Shown: positions 23,771 to 35,141, counted from the stretch's first letter. The stretch: 64,000 nt of DNA from Pseudophaeobacter sp. (GCF_039971195.1 NZ_JBDWPJ010000034.1:1887-65886); one strand, 5' to 3'. Translations and numbers: made by a program. Notes: generated from the sequence alone by a model not told the origin.

Positions 23771-24525
23771 GTCTTTACCGCTCCAAACCGGCGATCTCGG
23801 CTGCCAAACTTGCGACACAGGCGCCCCAGTTCTTCGGCGGTAAAATCAGGCCAAAGCGTATCGATGAATTCATATTCCGCATAGGCTGACTGCCAGAGCA
23901 AGAAGTTTGAAATCCGCGCCTCCCCGCTGGTGCGGATCACCAAATCCGGATCCGGAAGCACATGGGTATCCAAATAGCGCGGCAGAGTTTCTTCATCCAC
24001 ATCCTCAGGACGCAACCGGCCCTCCGCCACATCCTGCGCCAGACGTTTGGTGGCGCGGGCCACTTCGTCCCGCCCACCATAGTTCAACGCAATGGTTAGA
24101 TGGGTGCCATCATTTTGTTCGGTCTCATGCTCCAGCTCATCCATCAGCTGCACAAGCTTGGCATCCAGCCGCAGTCGGTCGCCAATAAATCGGACCCGCA
24201 CATTCTGAGCCGCCAGGGCCTTCATCTCTTTGGAGATGTAGCGCCGAAACAGGCTCATCAGGCCAGAGACTTCGACTTGAGTCCGCTTCCAGTTTTCCGT
24301 GGAAAAAGCAAATATTGTGAGATATTTGACCCCAAATTCAGGACAGGATTCAACCACTTCCCGCACCCTTTGGGCGCCGGCATGATGGCCAAACAGGCGG
24401 GGTCGCCCCCGCGCCTGTGCCCAGCGACCATTGCCATCCATAATGATGGCAACATGGCGGGGACCTGCCTGCGCCTGCCCCTCTGACGCGTCCTTTTCAT
24501 AACATGTATCGGTATCACTGGGCAT
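23767..24525 (-). CDS. uppS: Undecaprenyl diphosphate synthase
   Basis: HVAIIMDGNGRWA, AFSTENWKR, ALNYGGR, IRTSGEARISNFLLWQ. Confidence 0.97.
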   Translation of the reverse strand: MPSDTDTCYEKDASEGQAQAGPRHVAIIMDGNGRWAQARGRPRLFGHHAGAQRVREVVESCPEFGVKYLTIFAFSTENWKRTQVEVSGLMSLFRRYISKEMKALAAQNVRVRFIGDRLRLDAKLVQLMDELEHETEQNDGTHLTIALNYGGRDEVARATKRLAQDVAEGRLRPEDVDEETLPRYLDTHVLPDPDLVIRTSGEARISNFLLWQSAYAEYEFIDTLWPDFTAEELGRLCRKFGSRDRRFGAVKT

Positions 24526-24533
24526 AAAGCGGG

Positions 24534-25097
24534 TCAGACCTGCATGATTTCTGCCTGCTTGTTCTCAAGCGCATCATCAACAGCCTTGATCATCGCATCG
24601 GTCAGATCCTGCACCTCGGATTCCCAGAATTTCTGGTCATCTTCGGACATGCCATCGGCCTTGGCCTTTTTGATCTGGTCCATGCCATCGCGGCGCACAT
24701 TGCGGATCGAGACGCGGCCATGTTCCGCATATTGCCCGGCAACCTTGCCCAGCTCGCGGCGGCGCTCTTCGTTCAGCTCAGGGATCGGCAACATGATAAT
24801 GGTGCCATTGAGCTGAGGGTTGATGCCAAGGCCGGAATTGCGGATGGCCTTTTCAACCGGTCCTACCAAGGCCTTATCCCATACATTGATGGTAACCATG
24901 CGCGGCTCTGGCACATTCACTGTGCCAACCTGGTTGATCGGCGTCATCGAGCCATAGGCCTCGACCATCACCGGTTCCAGCATCGAGCCAGAGGCCCGGC
25001 CGGTGCGCAAAGACGCAAATTCGGTTTTTAGATTCGCCATCGCGCCATCCATGCGGCGCTTCAGATCGTCGGTATCCAGTTCAAAATCGTCAGACAT
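24534..25097 (-). CDS. frr: Ribosome recycling factor
   Basis: [23 protein letters not shown]. Confidence 0.97.
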   Translation of the reverse strand: MSDDFELDTDDLKRRMDGAMANLKTEFASLRTGRASGSMLEPVMVEAYGSMTPINQVGTVNVPEPRMVTINVWDKALVGPVEKAIRNSGLGINPQLNGTIIMLPIPELNEERRRELGKVAGQYAEHGRVSIRNVRRDGMDQIKKAKADGMSEDDQKFWESEVQDLTDAMIKAVDDALENKQAEIMQV

Positions 25098-25365
25098 ACT
25101 ACTCTCTCCCCTGACTTGAGGCAGTCTTTGTTCTGCTCATAAGCCATTGGTCCACCAATGTATAGCGATCATGACATGGATTTCAGAGCAGCTTTGCCGA
25201 CCTAGGTACCCCCGGCGCGCCGTTTATGCAAAGCGGTCACAGACAAAATTGCGCGCGACGGCCAGAACCATCACGCGCAGAATTTTGGGGTCCAGGGGGG
25301 ACCTGGGCACCACCGAAATAGAGCAATTCTCCCGGCTTTTACGTCCTGTAAAGGGTGCTGAGGTT

Positions 25366-25399
25366 AGGTTAATCCACTCAAGTGACAGCGGTGTGACAG
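25366..25399 (-). promoter_or_regulatory. Pho-box (PhoB-type) promoter pointing toward frr
   Basis: Minus strand CTGTCAC-ACCG-CTGTCAC (25399-25382), then exactly 10 nt, then -10-like TAACCT (25371-25366). Confidence 0.62.
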
Positions 25400-25445
25400 T
25401 TGGGAAAGCAATTGCGCGCTGTCAGCACGGACCAGGTCGCGCATT

Positions 25446-26192
25446 TCAGCCTTCGACCTTGGTATAGGTGCCTTTACCAGCCAGAATTCCGCGGAACCCA
25501 CCGGGTTCATCCAGTGAGAATACGATGATCGGAAGGTTGTTATCGCGTGCCAGCGCAATGGCCGAGGCATCCATCACCCCAAGACGTTTGGCCAGAACAT
25601 CGTCAAAGCTGACATTGTCATAGCGTTTGGCATCGGCGTGTTTTTCCGGGTCCTTGTCGTAGACACCATCAACCTTGGTGCCCTTGAAGATCACTTCACA
25701 GCCCATTTCATTGGCTCGCAGGGTCGCGGCGGTATCTGTAGTGAAATAGGGGTTACCCGTGCCAGCGGCAAAGATGCAGACCCGCTTTTTCTCCAGGTGG
25801 CGTACCGCACGGCGGCGGATGTAGGGCTCGCAGACCTGATCCATGGGAATCGCCGAGATCACCCGGCAGAACACGCCGAGATCTTCAAGCGCGCTCTGCA
25901 TCGCCAGAGCGTTCATCACGGTCGCCAGCATGCCCATATAATCGGCAGTGGTGCGTTCCATTCCCTGGGCGGCCCCGGACAGGCCACGGAAGATATTGCC
26001 GCCACCAATCACCATGCAGATCTCAACACCCATGTCATGCACGGTTTTGACTTCGCGGGCGATGCGCTGAACGGTGGGCGGATTGAGGCCAAAGCCCTGA
26101 TCCCCCATCAAAGCCTCACCTGAAATTTTTAGCATGACACGGTTATAGGTAGCGTCTGGAACAGTCTCCAGCGTTTCAAGATCAAGGGGCAT
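25446..26192 (-). CDS. pyrH: UMP kinase
   Basis: [43 protein letters not shown]. Confidence 0.97.
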   Translation of the reverse strand: MPLDLETLETVPDATYNRVMLKISGEALMGDQGFGLNPPTVQRIAREVKTVHDMGVEICMVIGGGNIFRGLSGAAQGMERTTADYMGMLATVMNALAMQSALEDLGVFCRVISAIPMDQVCEPYIRRRAVRHLEKKRVCIFAAGTGNPYFTTDTAATLRANEMGCEVIFKGTKVDGVYDKDPEKHADAKRYDNVSFDDVLAKRLGVMDASAIALARDNNLPIIVFSLDEPGGFRGILAGKGTYTKVEG

Positions 26193-26292
26193 GTTGCGCT
26201 CCGGCAGATGAGGGGGTTAGTTTGCGCGGCAAAATGGAGCAAAATGGAACGGGATTCAATGCAGGCTGACCGCTTTCGCAGCTGTTTCTCAT

Positions 26293-27201
26293 TTGCTTTT
26301 GGCACAAACCCTCAAACCCGCGAACGGATCTCATATGCTGTTGCCCGACATTGACCCGGACAAACCCGTTTTGCTGGCCGGTCCTACGGCCTCGGGGAAA
26401 TCCTCTTTGGCGATGGAAATCGCGGAAAAACAAGGGCGTGTGATCGTCAATGCCGATGCCAGTCAGATCTATGACTGTTGGCGTGTGGTGACCGCCCGCC
26501 CTTCGCTAGAGGATGAGCAACAGCTGCCGCACCGCCTTTATGGTCATGTCCGATTTGATGAGCAATATTCCGCAGGCCATTGGCTGCGCGAGGTCAAATC
26601 CCTACTGGCAGGCCCCGAGAGGCTGATAATTGTTGGCGGAACCGGGCTCTACTTCTCCACCCTTACCGAGGGGCTTGCGGAAATCCCCCCCACTCCGGCA
26701 GAGATTCGCTTGCAGGGGGACGCCCTGACGTTGGCCAGCCTCTTGGCGGAATTGGACAGTGAGACCGCCACGCGGATTGATCTGCAGAACCGGGCCCGCG
26801 TGCAGCGCGCCTGGGAGGTTTTGCAAGCAACAGGGCGTTCACTGGCCAATTGGCAGGATGACACCCCCGCGCCGGTTCTGCCACTGCATGCCTGCACCCC
26901 CCTGGTAATGCAAAGCCCCAAGGACTGGCTGGAGCCAAGGATCCGTCAAAGGTTTGATTTGATGCTGCAGCAGGGCGCCCTAGAGGAAGTCGAAGCCATG
27001 CAGAGCCGCTATGACCCGAACCTCCCCTCCTGCAAGGCAATTGGGGTGCCGGAACTCAAGGGTTATACCGACGGTGCGCTGTCGCTGGACGAGGCGCGCG
27101 AGCAGGCCTCTATCTCCACACGCCGCTATGCAAAACGACAACGCAGTTGGTTTCGCTCAAGAATGAAGCAATGGCACTGGCTCGACGGTGGTCACCTCTG
27201 A
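26293..27201 (+). CDS. miaA: tRNA dimethylallyltransferase (start likely 26335)
   Basis: [36 protein letters not shown]. Confidence 0.95.
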   Translation: MLLAQTLKPANGSHMLLPDIDPDKPVLLAGPTASGKSSLAMEIAEKQGRVIVNADASQIYDCWRVVTARPSLEDEQQLPHRLYGHVRFDEQYSAGHWLREVKSLLAGPERLIIVGGTGLYFSTLTEGLAEIPPTPAEIRLQGDALTLASLLAELDSETATRIDLQNRARVQRAWEVLQATGRSLANWQDDTPAPVLPLHACTPLVMQSPKDWLEPRIRQRFDLMLQQGALEEVEAMQSRYDPNLPSCKAIGVPELKGYTDGALSLDEAREQASISTRRYAKRQRSWFRSRMKQWHWLDGGHL

Positions 27202-27325
27202 CAGAGGTCCCTGTAGAAAAACTCATATAGAACACCCTAAAGTCAGATAGTTACATGAAGGATTCCATGGGATTTCCCAGCACACCCCGAATTAGGTAGA
27301 TTTCAAAAACCCAATACACGCTACA

Positions 27326-28213
27326 GTGGAACTTGCCCGAATCAAAGATTCATGCGCCTTTGGTCTCAAAGTAAAACTAGAAAAAAGTTCTCACTATTCC
27401 ATGCCCTTTGACCCGAACCCAACCGAAGAAATCCAAATTGTGCCGCTATCCAGGCTGGCGACAGATGGTGTGTGGCAAACGGAATTGGCCCATGATCGCG
27501 CAGAGCATCTGCTGATCTGGGTAACCCGTGGTCAGGGACGGATGATGATGGAGGGCAAACAACGCGGCTTTAGTACCCATAACGCCATGTTTTTCCCGGC
27601 GCGGTCGCTTTGGTCGGTGGAATTTGGCCGCCAATGTATCGGCCAGGCCCTGCGTATTCCGGTCTCTGCCCCGGTTGCCACACCGGACAAACCTCTGCAC
27701 CTGAAGATCTCCGAAGCGCGCGAACAAGCGCAATTGAACGCCCTACTGGAAGCGATGATGCAAGAGCAAATGGGCCATCCAGCGCTTTGGCGTCGGGCCT
27801 TGCAGTCCTACAGTGAGTTGATCAGCATTCAACTGCGCCGCCTGCCGCCCTCGGGACCGCTGCCGCCAAAACGGCCAACAGCCGCGCGGCGGCTGTCGCT
27901 GGCCTATTGCGAGAGGGTCAGCCAGTATTATGACACCCGCGCCACCATGGCAGATCACGCCGCTGCATTGAATGTGACGCCAACCCATCTGACGCGGGTG
28001 TGCAAATCGGAAACCGGCAAAACCGCAGCCGCCCTGCTGACCGAACGCCAGCTCCATGCCGCGCGTAGTCTTTTGGTCTATTCAACGATGAGCATGCGCG
28101 ACATCGCAGACAGTATCGGCTTTGGCAGCGCCGCCTATTTCACCAGGTTCATCACCCAGCACACCGGCCAAACCCCAAGCACATTGCGAAAATCCTCCCG
28201 CACAGCGGCCTGA
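27326..28213 (+). CDS. AraC family transcriptional regulator (start likely 27401)
   Basis: Cupin-like N-domain; C-terminal double HTH ending IADSIGFGSAAYFTRF. Confidence 0.9.
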   Translation: MELARIKDSCAFGLKVKLEKSSHYSMPFDPNPTEEIQIVPLSRLATDGVWQTELAHDRAEHLLIWVTRGQGRMMMEGKQRGFSTHNAMFFPARSLWSVEFGRQCIGQALRIPVSAPVATPDKPLHLKISEAREQAQLNALLEAMMQEQMGHPALWRRALQSYSELISIQLRRLPPSGPLPPKRPTAARRLSLAYCERVSQYYDTRATMADHAAALNVTPTHLTRVCKSETGKTAAALLTERQLHAARSLLVYSTMSMRDIADSIGFGSAAYFTRFITQHTGQTPSTLRKSSRTAA

Positions 28214-28332
28214 CCCCTCGCCCACAAAAAAGAAGCCTGCTGCAGCCAGATCCGGCCGTAGCAAGATGAGCGCCACTGCCTCACGACTCAGCAATTCCCA
28301 TCGCCTTTGGAGTTAAATGGGATCCGGGCAGA

Positions 28333-28352
28333 ACTGGGCACAAGTGCCCAGT
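28333..28352. promoter_or_regulatory. Perfect 9-2-9 inverted repeat upstream of the ABC operon (operator or hairpin)
   Basis: ACTGGGCAC-AA-GTGCCCAGT. Confidence 0.4.
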
Positions 28353-28591
28353 CCGGGAACACCCCGTCGCTCGCCTATGGGCTTTGTGACAAAGCCGACA
28401 CCAAAAATGTCGCTTTTCAACCCCGTATGGCCGATTCTGTGCATTGACCTCCTCCCGGAACTAGGGCCGAATGGAGGGGACCAAAAGGCACCAAGCCAAA
28501 ACCGCATCGTTTCTGGCGCAAGAACCGGGAACATATTGGCAATGTCCAAATGGGGCAACACGCCCCAGCGGTACACCAAAGGGAGACCCAA

Positions 28592-30259
28592 ATGACCAAA
28601 GATTCCACCACATCAGATCAGATCCACTGGGCCGCAAAAATGCACGCCAGCGAAGTGCTCGAAGGCAAGCTGGATCGCCGCGAGTTCCTGGCTCGCGCCA
28701 CCGGGCTGGGCGTCAGCGCTGCTGCTGCCTATGGCCTGCTTGGCCTGACAGCCCCAGCTGCACAGGCGGCGACCGACATGAAATCCGGCGGCACCCTACG
28801 GGTGCAAATGGAAGTACGCCCGCTGAAGGATCCGCGCACCTATGACTGGTCGCAAATGGCCAACCAGACCCGCGGTACAAACGAATACCTTGTTGAATAC
28901 AACAACGATGGCTCCATCCGCGGCATGTTGCTCGAGAGCTGGGAAGTCAATGCGGACGCCACCGTTTACACGCTGAATGTCCGCAAAGGCGCGACCTGGA
29001 ACAATGGCGACGCCTTCACCGCCGAAGATGTTGCCCGCAACATTACCGGCTGGTGCGACAAGGGCCTCGAAGGCAACTCCATGGCGGGTCGCTTTGCTAC
29101 GCTGATCGACGCCGAGACCAATGTCGCGGTCGAGGGCGCCATCGAAGTTGTGGATGACCACACGGTGCGCCTCTCCTTGCCTGGTCCGGATATCTCGCTG
29201 ATTGCCGGCATGGCGGATTACCCCGCTGCGATCATGCACTCCAGCTTCCAAACCGGTGATTTCACAAAAAATGTAGGCACTGGCCCCTATCTGCTCTCCA
29301 CCTTGGAAGTGGGCGTCAAAGCCGTGCTGGAGCGCAATGCCGATCACACATGGTGGGGCGATGCAGTCTATGGCACGCCCGCGCTGGACCGGATCGAGTA
29401 TATCGATTTTGGCACTGATCCTTCCTCGTGGTTGGCGGCGCTGGAATCCGATGAAGTCGATATGCTCTATGAATCCGTTGGTGAGTTCATCGATGTGATG
29501 GACGGGCTGGGCTATACTAAGTCCGAGGTTGTCACCATGGCGACCGTCGTTGTGCGTCCCAATCAACTGGCTGAAGTTGACGGCAAAATGCCCTATGCGG
29601 ACAAACGCGTGCGTCAGGCGATTCAGATGGCCGTCGACAATTCTGTCTGCCTCGAGCTTGGCTATGGCAACCGGGGACAGGCGGCCGAGAACCACCATGT
29701 TGGCCCCATCCATCCAGAATACGCCGAACTACCACCGCAGAAATACGACCCGGAAGCCGCGCGAGCCCTGATGGAAGAAGCAGGCATGATGGATTTTGAA
29801 CATGAGATCATGTCGATTGACGATGACTGGCGCAAAAACACCACCGACGCAGTTGCAGCCCAGCTGCGCGATGCCGGGTTCAAGGTAAAGCGGACGGTTC
29901 TGCCCGGCAGCACCTTCTGGAATGATTGGGCAAAATACCCCTTCAGCTCCACCAACTGGAACCCACGCCCCTTAGGGGTTCAGGTGCATGCGCTGGCCTA
30001 TCGTTCCGGTGAAGCCTGGAACGAATTTGGCTGGGCCAATGACGAGTTTGACGCCCTGCTGACTGAGGCCCTGGCCATTGCCGATGCGGACAAGCGTCGC
30101 GAAGTGATGAAAAAGATGGAGATGATCATTCAGGAAGAGGGTGTCACCATCCAGCCCTACTGGCGGTCGCTCTATCGTCATATGCGCGAAGGCGTTGCCA
30201 ATGCGGATATGCACGTGACCTTTGAACATCACCATTACAAATGGGGTTGGTCGGCCTAA
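28592..30259 (+). CDS. Peptide/nickel-type (family 5) ABC substrate-binding protein with Tat signal
   Basis: LDRREFL twin-arginine motif; family 5 signature [27 protein letters not shown]; GGGAG RBS. Confidence 0.9.
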   Translation: MTKDSTTSDQIHWAAKMHASEVLEGKLDRREFLARATGLGVSAAAAYGLLGLTAPAAQAATDMKSGGTLRVQMEVRPLKDPRTYDWSQMANQTRGTNEYLVEYNNDGSIRGMLLESWEVNADATVYTLNVRKGATWNNGDAFTAEDVARNITGWCDKGLEGNSMAGRFATLIDAETNVAVEGAIEVVDDHTVRLSLPGPDISLIAGMADYPAAIMHSSFQTGDFTKNVGTGPYLLSTLEVGVKAVLERNADHTWWGDAVYGTPALDRIEYIDFGTDPSSWLAALESDEVDMLYESVGEFIDVMDGLGYTKSEVVTMATVVVRPNQLAEVDGKMPYADKRVRQAIQMAVDNSVCLELGYGNRGQAAENHHVGPIHPEYAELPPQKYDPEAARALMEEAGMMDFEHEIMSIDDDWRKNTTDAVAAQLRDAGFKVKRTVLPGSTFWNDWAKYPFSSTNWNPRPLGVQVHALAYRSGEAWNEFGWANDEFDALLTEALAIADADKRREVMKKMEMIIQEEGVTIQPYWRSLYRHMREGVANADMHVTFEHHHYKWGWSA

Positions 30260-30280
30260 GGCTTACCAACAAATCCCTTA

Positions 30281-30313
30281 CCCTGAGCCGCAGGCCTCAC
30301 CTGCGGCTCAGGG
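30281..30313 (+). other. Intercistronic stem-loop after the binding-protein gene
   Basis: CCCTGAGCCGCAGG ... CCTGCGGCTCAGGG perfect 14-bp stem, a common mRNA-stabilising arrangement in ABC operons. Confidence 0.6.
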
Positions 30314-30382
30314 CAGCCAAAAACAACAACGGCGCGCCGCGATGGCAGCGCTGGTTTTGACGCCAGACTGACAGGGAACCCT

Positions 30383-31435
30383 ATGGGATTGTTCATTCTA
30401 CGCCGAACGGGCGTGATGATCCTGACGGCGCTATGCCTGACGTTCATCGTTTTCACGCTAACCAATTTGTATCCAAACCTGGAAAAGCTCGCCAAGACTC
30501 AGGGCAATTTTCGGATGACCGATGAAGCCGTCTCCAGCTGGCTTGCCAAAAACGGATACAGCCAGCCCATGGCGGTCAAATACGGCCAATGGCTCGGAGT
30601 GCTGCCGGGGTGGACACTGGAGGGTGAAGACGGAACAACCGGCCGCTGCATCAACGGCACTGTCAGCCCATCGGAAGCCGCCGAGGCCTCAAGTTTTTGC
30701 GGCATTTTGCAAGGCGACTGGGGCCATTCCACGGTTTTGCAAAAGGATGTTGCCAGTGTTGTCTGGCAACGCCTTGGCTATACGCTGCGGTTGATGGGCT
30801 GGGTTTTGCTGTTGATGGTGCCCTCGGCGTTGATAATCGGCGTGCTCGCGGGCATGCGCGAAGGGTCCGTGACCGACCGGAGTCTTTCTACCGTTTCGAT
30901 CCTGTCTACCGCCACGCCTGAATATGTCTCTGGCGTGGTTTTTATCGCCATTTTCACCTCTTCCACCGTTGGGTTGAAGTGGTTCAAAGGCTCTGCCACC
31001 GCCGCCACCGAGAACCCGACCTTTGAGAATTTCTTTCTGCCGGTTTTGACCATTGCGCTTTATGGCATGGGGTATATCGCCCGGATGACCCGCGCCTCGA
31101 TGACCGAGGTGATGACAGCGCAGTATATTCGCACTGCCCGGCTCAAAGGCGTCAGCTTCCCCAAGATCGTGCTGAAACACGCGCTGCGCAATGCGCTGAT
31201 CGCGCCCTTCACAGTGATCATGTTGCAGTTCCCCTGGTTGCTCAATGGCGTCGTCATTGTCGAAACCCTGTTTAATTACAAAGGCTTTGGCTGGATTCTG
31301 GTGCAGGCCGCCGGCAATAACGATATTGAGCTACTGCTGGCCATTTCGGTGGTCTCGGTCTTTGTCGTGCTCTTGACCCAGCTGATCTCGGATATCGGCT
31401 ACGTCTTTCTCAACCCCCGCATTCGCATCTCATAA
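30383..31435 (+). CDS. ABC permease, DppB/OppB type
   Basis: EAA-like loop YIRTARLKG, HALRNAL, VIVETLF, LISDIGYVFLNPRIR. Confidence 0.92.
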   Translation: MGLFILRRTGVMILTALCLTFIVFTLTNLYPNLEKLAKTQGNFRMTDEAVSSWLAKNGYSQPMAVKYGQWLGVLPGWTLEGEDGTTGRCINGTVSPSEAAEASSFCGILQGDWGHSTVLQKDVASVVWQRLGYTLRLMGWVLLLMVPSALIIGVLAGMREGSVTDRSLSTVSILSTATPEYVSGVVFIAIFTSSTVGLKWFKGSATAATENPTFENFFLPVLTIALYGMGYIARMTRASMTEVMTAQYIRTARLKGVSFPKIVLKHALRNALIAPFTVIMLQFPWLLNGVVIVETLFNYKGFGWILVQAAGNNDIELLLAISVVSVFVVLLTQLISDIGYVFLNPRIRIS

Positions 31436-31450
31436 CGGAAGGAGACAGAC

Positions 31451-32893
31451 ATGGATCCCCTCAGCTGGACCGGCCAGATTGCCTTCCTCACGCCTTTTCT
31501 CCTGCTCGCCCTAGGGCTTTTGGCCCTCTCCATATTGGTCTGGATGCTAATCAGCATTCTGGTGCCGGAAAACCGGGCCATTCAAAACAATGGCGACAGC
31601 CTGCGCCTCAGCTCCAGCCCGCGCGATTTTGCCGCCCAGGCGGTGAAAATATCCTTTATCGGCACAGCTGTTGTGGTCTTGGCCTATCTGTTGCTCGGCC
31701 TCGCGCTGGGTACCAATGCGGGTATTTTCGGGGCCCTGGCGCAGCGGTTCTTGCCGGTCTGGATTGTCCTTGTGTTGCTGTTTGCGCTGTCCATCGGTTT
31801 CAAGCGAGACCTCGGTCTGTATGGAAAACTCTTTGACAGCCCGATTGGCATGATCGGTTTTGCCTTGGTGATGTTCTGGGTTTTTACCGGGGTCTTTGGG
31901 GCTTTTGACATGATCATCACCCATGACCCCCTGGCGCAGCTTTCCGGTCTGAAGAACAAGGTCCCCGGAACCCCATTGCGCAACCCCGAAGACGGCGAGT
32001 TTCAGTGGTACCTATTGGGCGGCGACAACCTGGCCCGCGACGTCTTTAGCCGCATGGTCAAAGGCGCCTGGGAAGTGGTGCGCATTGCGCCGCTTGCCAC
32101 GCTGTTTGCCTTCATGGCCGGTATCACTCTTGGGCTGCCTGCGGGCTATTTTGGCGGACGGCTGGATACCTTGTTGTCCTTCCTCGCCAACCTGATCCTG
32201 GCCTTCCCGGTGATCTTGCTGTTCTATCTGCTGGTTACCCCAGAAATCGTCGCCACCGGACTACCGCAATATATGGCGGCGGTGCTCTTTGCCTTCCCGC
32301 TGGTGTTCTTTGCAGTTTTGATCAATGCCCGGTTTCGCACCCAGCCGGAAAAAAACTATCTCTGGCTTGGGGCGGTCCTGGTGCCGATGTTGATCCTTTA
32401 TCTGCTGGTGGTAAGCGACCCCGGATCCATGCTGGATATCCTGCCTGCGGCTCTGGACGTGATCGATATTCCAGGCGGCATTCTGGTGGTTTTTGTCTCG
32501 GTGGTCTTTGTGAACTCCCCCACGGTGTTTCGGATCGTGCGGGGGCTGGCGATGGATATCAAAACCCGAGACTACGTGGCCGCAGCTCAGACCCGCGGTG
32601 AACGGCCCTGGTATATCATGCTCTGGGAGGTGCTGCCCAATGCCCGCGGACCGCTGATCGTCGATTTCTGCCTGCGCATTGGTTATACTACCATCCTTTT
32701 GGGGACCCTGGGTTTCTTTGGCCTTGGCCTGCCCCCGGAAAGCCCGGATTGGGGCTCCACCATTAATGAAGGGCGCAAACTCTTGTCGATCTATCTGCAC
32801 CCTGCCCTGCCCCCGGCCATTGCCTTGTTGAGCCTGGTATTGGGGTTGAACCTGCTGGCCGATGGGCTGCGCGAAGAGAGCTTGAAAGATTAA
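31451..32893 (+). CDS. ABC permease, DppC/OppC type with extra transmembrane segments
   Basis: LGGDNLARDVFSR, DYVAAAQTRGE, EVLPNARGP, PDWG. Confidence 0.9.
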   Translation: MDPLSWTGQIAFLTPFLLLALGLLALSILVWMLISILVPENRAIQNNGDSLRLSSSPRDFAAQAVKISFIGTAVVVLAYLLLGLALGTNAGIFGALAQRFLPVWIVLVLLFALSIGFKRDLGLYGKLFDSPIGMIGFALVMFWVFTGVFGAFDMIITHDPLAQLSGLKNKVPGTPLRNPEDGEFQWYLLGGDNLARDVFSRMVKGAWEVVRIAPLATLFAFMAGITLGLPAGYFGGRLDTLLSFLANLILAFPVILLFYLLVTPEIVATGLPQYMAAVLFAFPLVFFAVLINARFRTQPEKNYLWLGAVLVPMLILYLLVVSDPGSMLDILPAALDVIDIPGGILVVFVSVVFVNSPTVFRIVRGLAMDIKTRDYVAAAQTRGERPWYIMLWEVLPNARGPLIVDFCLRIGYTTILLGTLGFFGLGLPPESPDWGSTINEGRKLLSIYLHPALPPAIALLSLVLGLNLLADGLREESLKD

Positions 32894-32906
32894 TCCGAAC
32901 TGGAGG

Positions 32907-32957
32907 GTGCGGGGGCCAGCCCCCGGACCCCCGGGATATTTGAGGCCAAATGAAAGG
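32907..32957. repeat. Intergenic repeat, more distant member of the REP-like family
   Basis: Reverse complement reads ctttcatttggcctcaaatatcccgggggtccgggggctggcccc, sharing the cat...aaatat(t)ccc core and GC-rich hairpin with 3524 and 59551. Confidence 0.45.
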
Positions 32958-32996
32958 TCCCAGTACCTTTTGACGCCTCAACAGGGAGACAGGAAG

Positions 32997-35084
32997 ATGA
33001 GCAAACTAGCGGATTATGACGGACCTATTCTGGAAATTGACAAGTTATCGATTTCCTTTTTCACCCGGCTCAGGGAAATCCCGGCAGTGATGGATTTTTC
33101 GGTCTCTGTACAGCCGGGCGAAGCCGTCGGACTGGTTGGCGAGTCTGGCTGTGGAAAGTCCACCGTGGCGCTTGGGGTGATGCAGGACCTGGGCAAAAAC
33201 GGCCGTGTTGTTGGCGGATCGATCAAGTTCAAGGGGCGCGATCTGGCTGAGATGTCAGCAGAAGAACTCCGCGATGTGCGCGGCAACGAGATCGCCATGA
33301 TCTACCAGGAGCCTATGGCCAGCCTGAACCCTGCGATGAAAATCGGGCGTCAGTTGATGGAAGTGCCGATGATCCACGAAGGGGTCAGCGAGAAAGAGGC
33401 TTATAAGCGCGCGCTGGAAGTGGTCACCGATGTGCGGCTCCCCGATCCGGAGCGAATGTTAAATTCTTATCCGCACCAACTCTCTGGCGGCCAGCAGCAG
33501 CGGATTGTCATCGCCATGGCACTGATGTCCAAACCCGCCCTGCTGATCCTGGATGAGCCGACAACGGCGCTGGATGTGACGGTAGAGGCGGCCGTGGTCG
33601 AACTGGTCAAGGATCTGGGCAAGAAATACGGCACCTCGATGCTCTTCATCAGCCATAACCTGGGGCTCATCCTTGAGACCTGTGATCGGCTTTGTGTGAT
33701 GTATTCCGGCGAGGCGGTTGAACGGGGATCGATTGCCGAGGTGTTTGATGAGATGCAGCACCCCTATACGCAGGCCTTGTTCCGCTCGATCCCTTTGCCC
33801 AGTGCCGACAAAAATGCCCAGCCGCTGGTGGCGATCCCTGGCAACTTCCCGCTGCCGCACGAACGTCCCAAGGGCTGTAACTTTGGACCGCGCTGCGATT
33901 ATTTTGAGGCCGGGCGCTGCGACATCAGTGAGATCGAAATGGTGGATGTGGCAGGAAATGACCGCCATGCCACCCGCTGTTTGCGACCCAAGGAGATCGA
34001 TTGGAACGCGCCGGTCACGCTGGGTGCGCAGAAGGAAAAGACCGAGCCGGGCGAAGTTGTGCTCAAGATGGAGAACCTCAAGAAATACTATGAGGTGGCC
34101 GCCAATGCCCTCTTTGGGGGCGGCGCAACCAAGGTTGTCAAAGCCAATGAAACCTTGAGTTTTGAGGCGCGCGAGTCTGAAACCCTGGCCATTGTGGGCG
34201 AGTCTGGCTGTGGCAAATCCACCTTTGCCAAGGTTCTGATGGGATTGGAAACCGCCACCGAAGGGGAGATCCTGTTGGATGGGGCAAACATCGAGCAGAT
34301 CCCTATTGAGGAACGCAACACCAAAACCGTCTCCGATGTGCAGATGGTGTTTCAGAATCCCTTTGATACGCTCAATCCCTCGATGACCGTAGGACGCCAG
34401 ATCATTCGGGCGCTGGAGATCTTTGACGTGGGCAACAGTGATCGTGAACGCCGGGAGCGCATGCTGGAGCTGCTGGATCTGGTCAAACTGCCCCGCGCCT
34501 TTGCGGATCGGATGCCACGGCAGCTCTCGGGTGGACAAAAACAACGGGTTGGCATTGCCCGCGCCTTTTCGGGCGGGGCCCGGATCGTGGTGGCGGATGA
34601 GCCGGTCTCGGCATTGGATGTATCGGTTCAAGCGGCGGTGACTGATCTGCTGATGGAAATCCAGCGCAAGGAAAAGACCACGCTTTTGTTCATCAGCCAT
34701 GATCTATCGATTGTGCGTTACCTTAGCGATCGGGTGATGGTGATGTACCTGGGCCATGTGGTGGAACTGGGCGATACCGATCAGGTCTTTGCGCCGCCCT
34801 ATCACCCCTATACCGAAGCCCTGCTGAGCGCGGTGCCGATTGCCGACACCTCGGTGGAGAAGGAACATATCGTGCTGGAAGGGGATATCCCCTCAGCCAT
34901 GGATCCGCCTCCTGGCTGCCCGTTCCAGACCCGTTGTCGCTGGAAAGGCGAAGTCCCCGGCGGGCTGTGTGAGACCGAGGTGCCGCCGACGCGGAAATTG
35001 GAGGCGGCGCATCAGATCAAATGCCATCTCAGCGATGAGGTTCTGCAGCGCATGTCGCCCGTGATAAAGATCGCCGCTGAATAG
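32997..35084 (+). CDS. Fused dual-domain ABC ATPase (DppD-DppF type)
   Basis: Two GESGCGKS Walker A, LSGGQ and DEP motifs, two oligoHPY tails with Cys clusters. Confidence 0.95.
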   Translation: MSKLADYDGPILEIDKLSISFFTRLREIPAVMDFSVSVQPGEAVGLVGESGCGKSTVALGVMQDLGKNGRVVGGSIKFKGRDLAEMSAEELRDVRGNEIAMIYQEPMASLNPAMKIGRQLMEVPMIHEGVSEKEAYKRALEVVTDVRLPDPERMLNSYPHQLSGGQQQRIVIAMALMSKPALLILDEPTTALDVTVEAAVVELVKDLGKKYGTSMLFISHNLGLILETCDRLCVMYSGEAVERGSIAEVFDEMQHPYTQALFRSIPLPSADKNAQPLVAIPGNFPLPHERPKGCNFGPRCDYFEAGRCDISEIEMVDVAGNDRHATRCLRPKEIDWNAPVTLGAQKEKTEPGEVVLKMENLKKYYEVAANALFGGGATKVVKANETLSFEARESETLAIVGESGCGKSTFAKVLMGLETATEGEILLDGANIEQIPIEERNTKTVSDVQMVFQNPFDTLNPSMTVGRQIIRALEIFDVGNSDRERRERMLELLDLVKLPRAFADRMPRQLSGGQKQRVGIARAFSGGARIVVADEPVSALDVSVQAAVTDLLMEIQRKEKTTLLFISHDLSIVRYLSDRVMVMYLGHVVELGDTDQVFAPPYHPYTEALLSAVPIADTSVEKEHIVLEGDIPSAMDPPPGCPFQTRCRWKGEVPGGLCETEVPPTRKLEAAHQIKCHLSDEVLQRMSPVIKIAAE

Positions 35085-35141
35085 CGGCGGCTCAGCCTGG
35101 TTGGAACACCCAAGTAGGCTCGAGGCTAAACGGCAGTTGGA

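Noticed and set aside
25147-25467. 106-aa plus-strand ORF between frr and pyrH
   Set aside because: Antisense to the operon, weak start, no motifs
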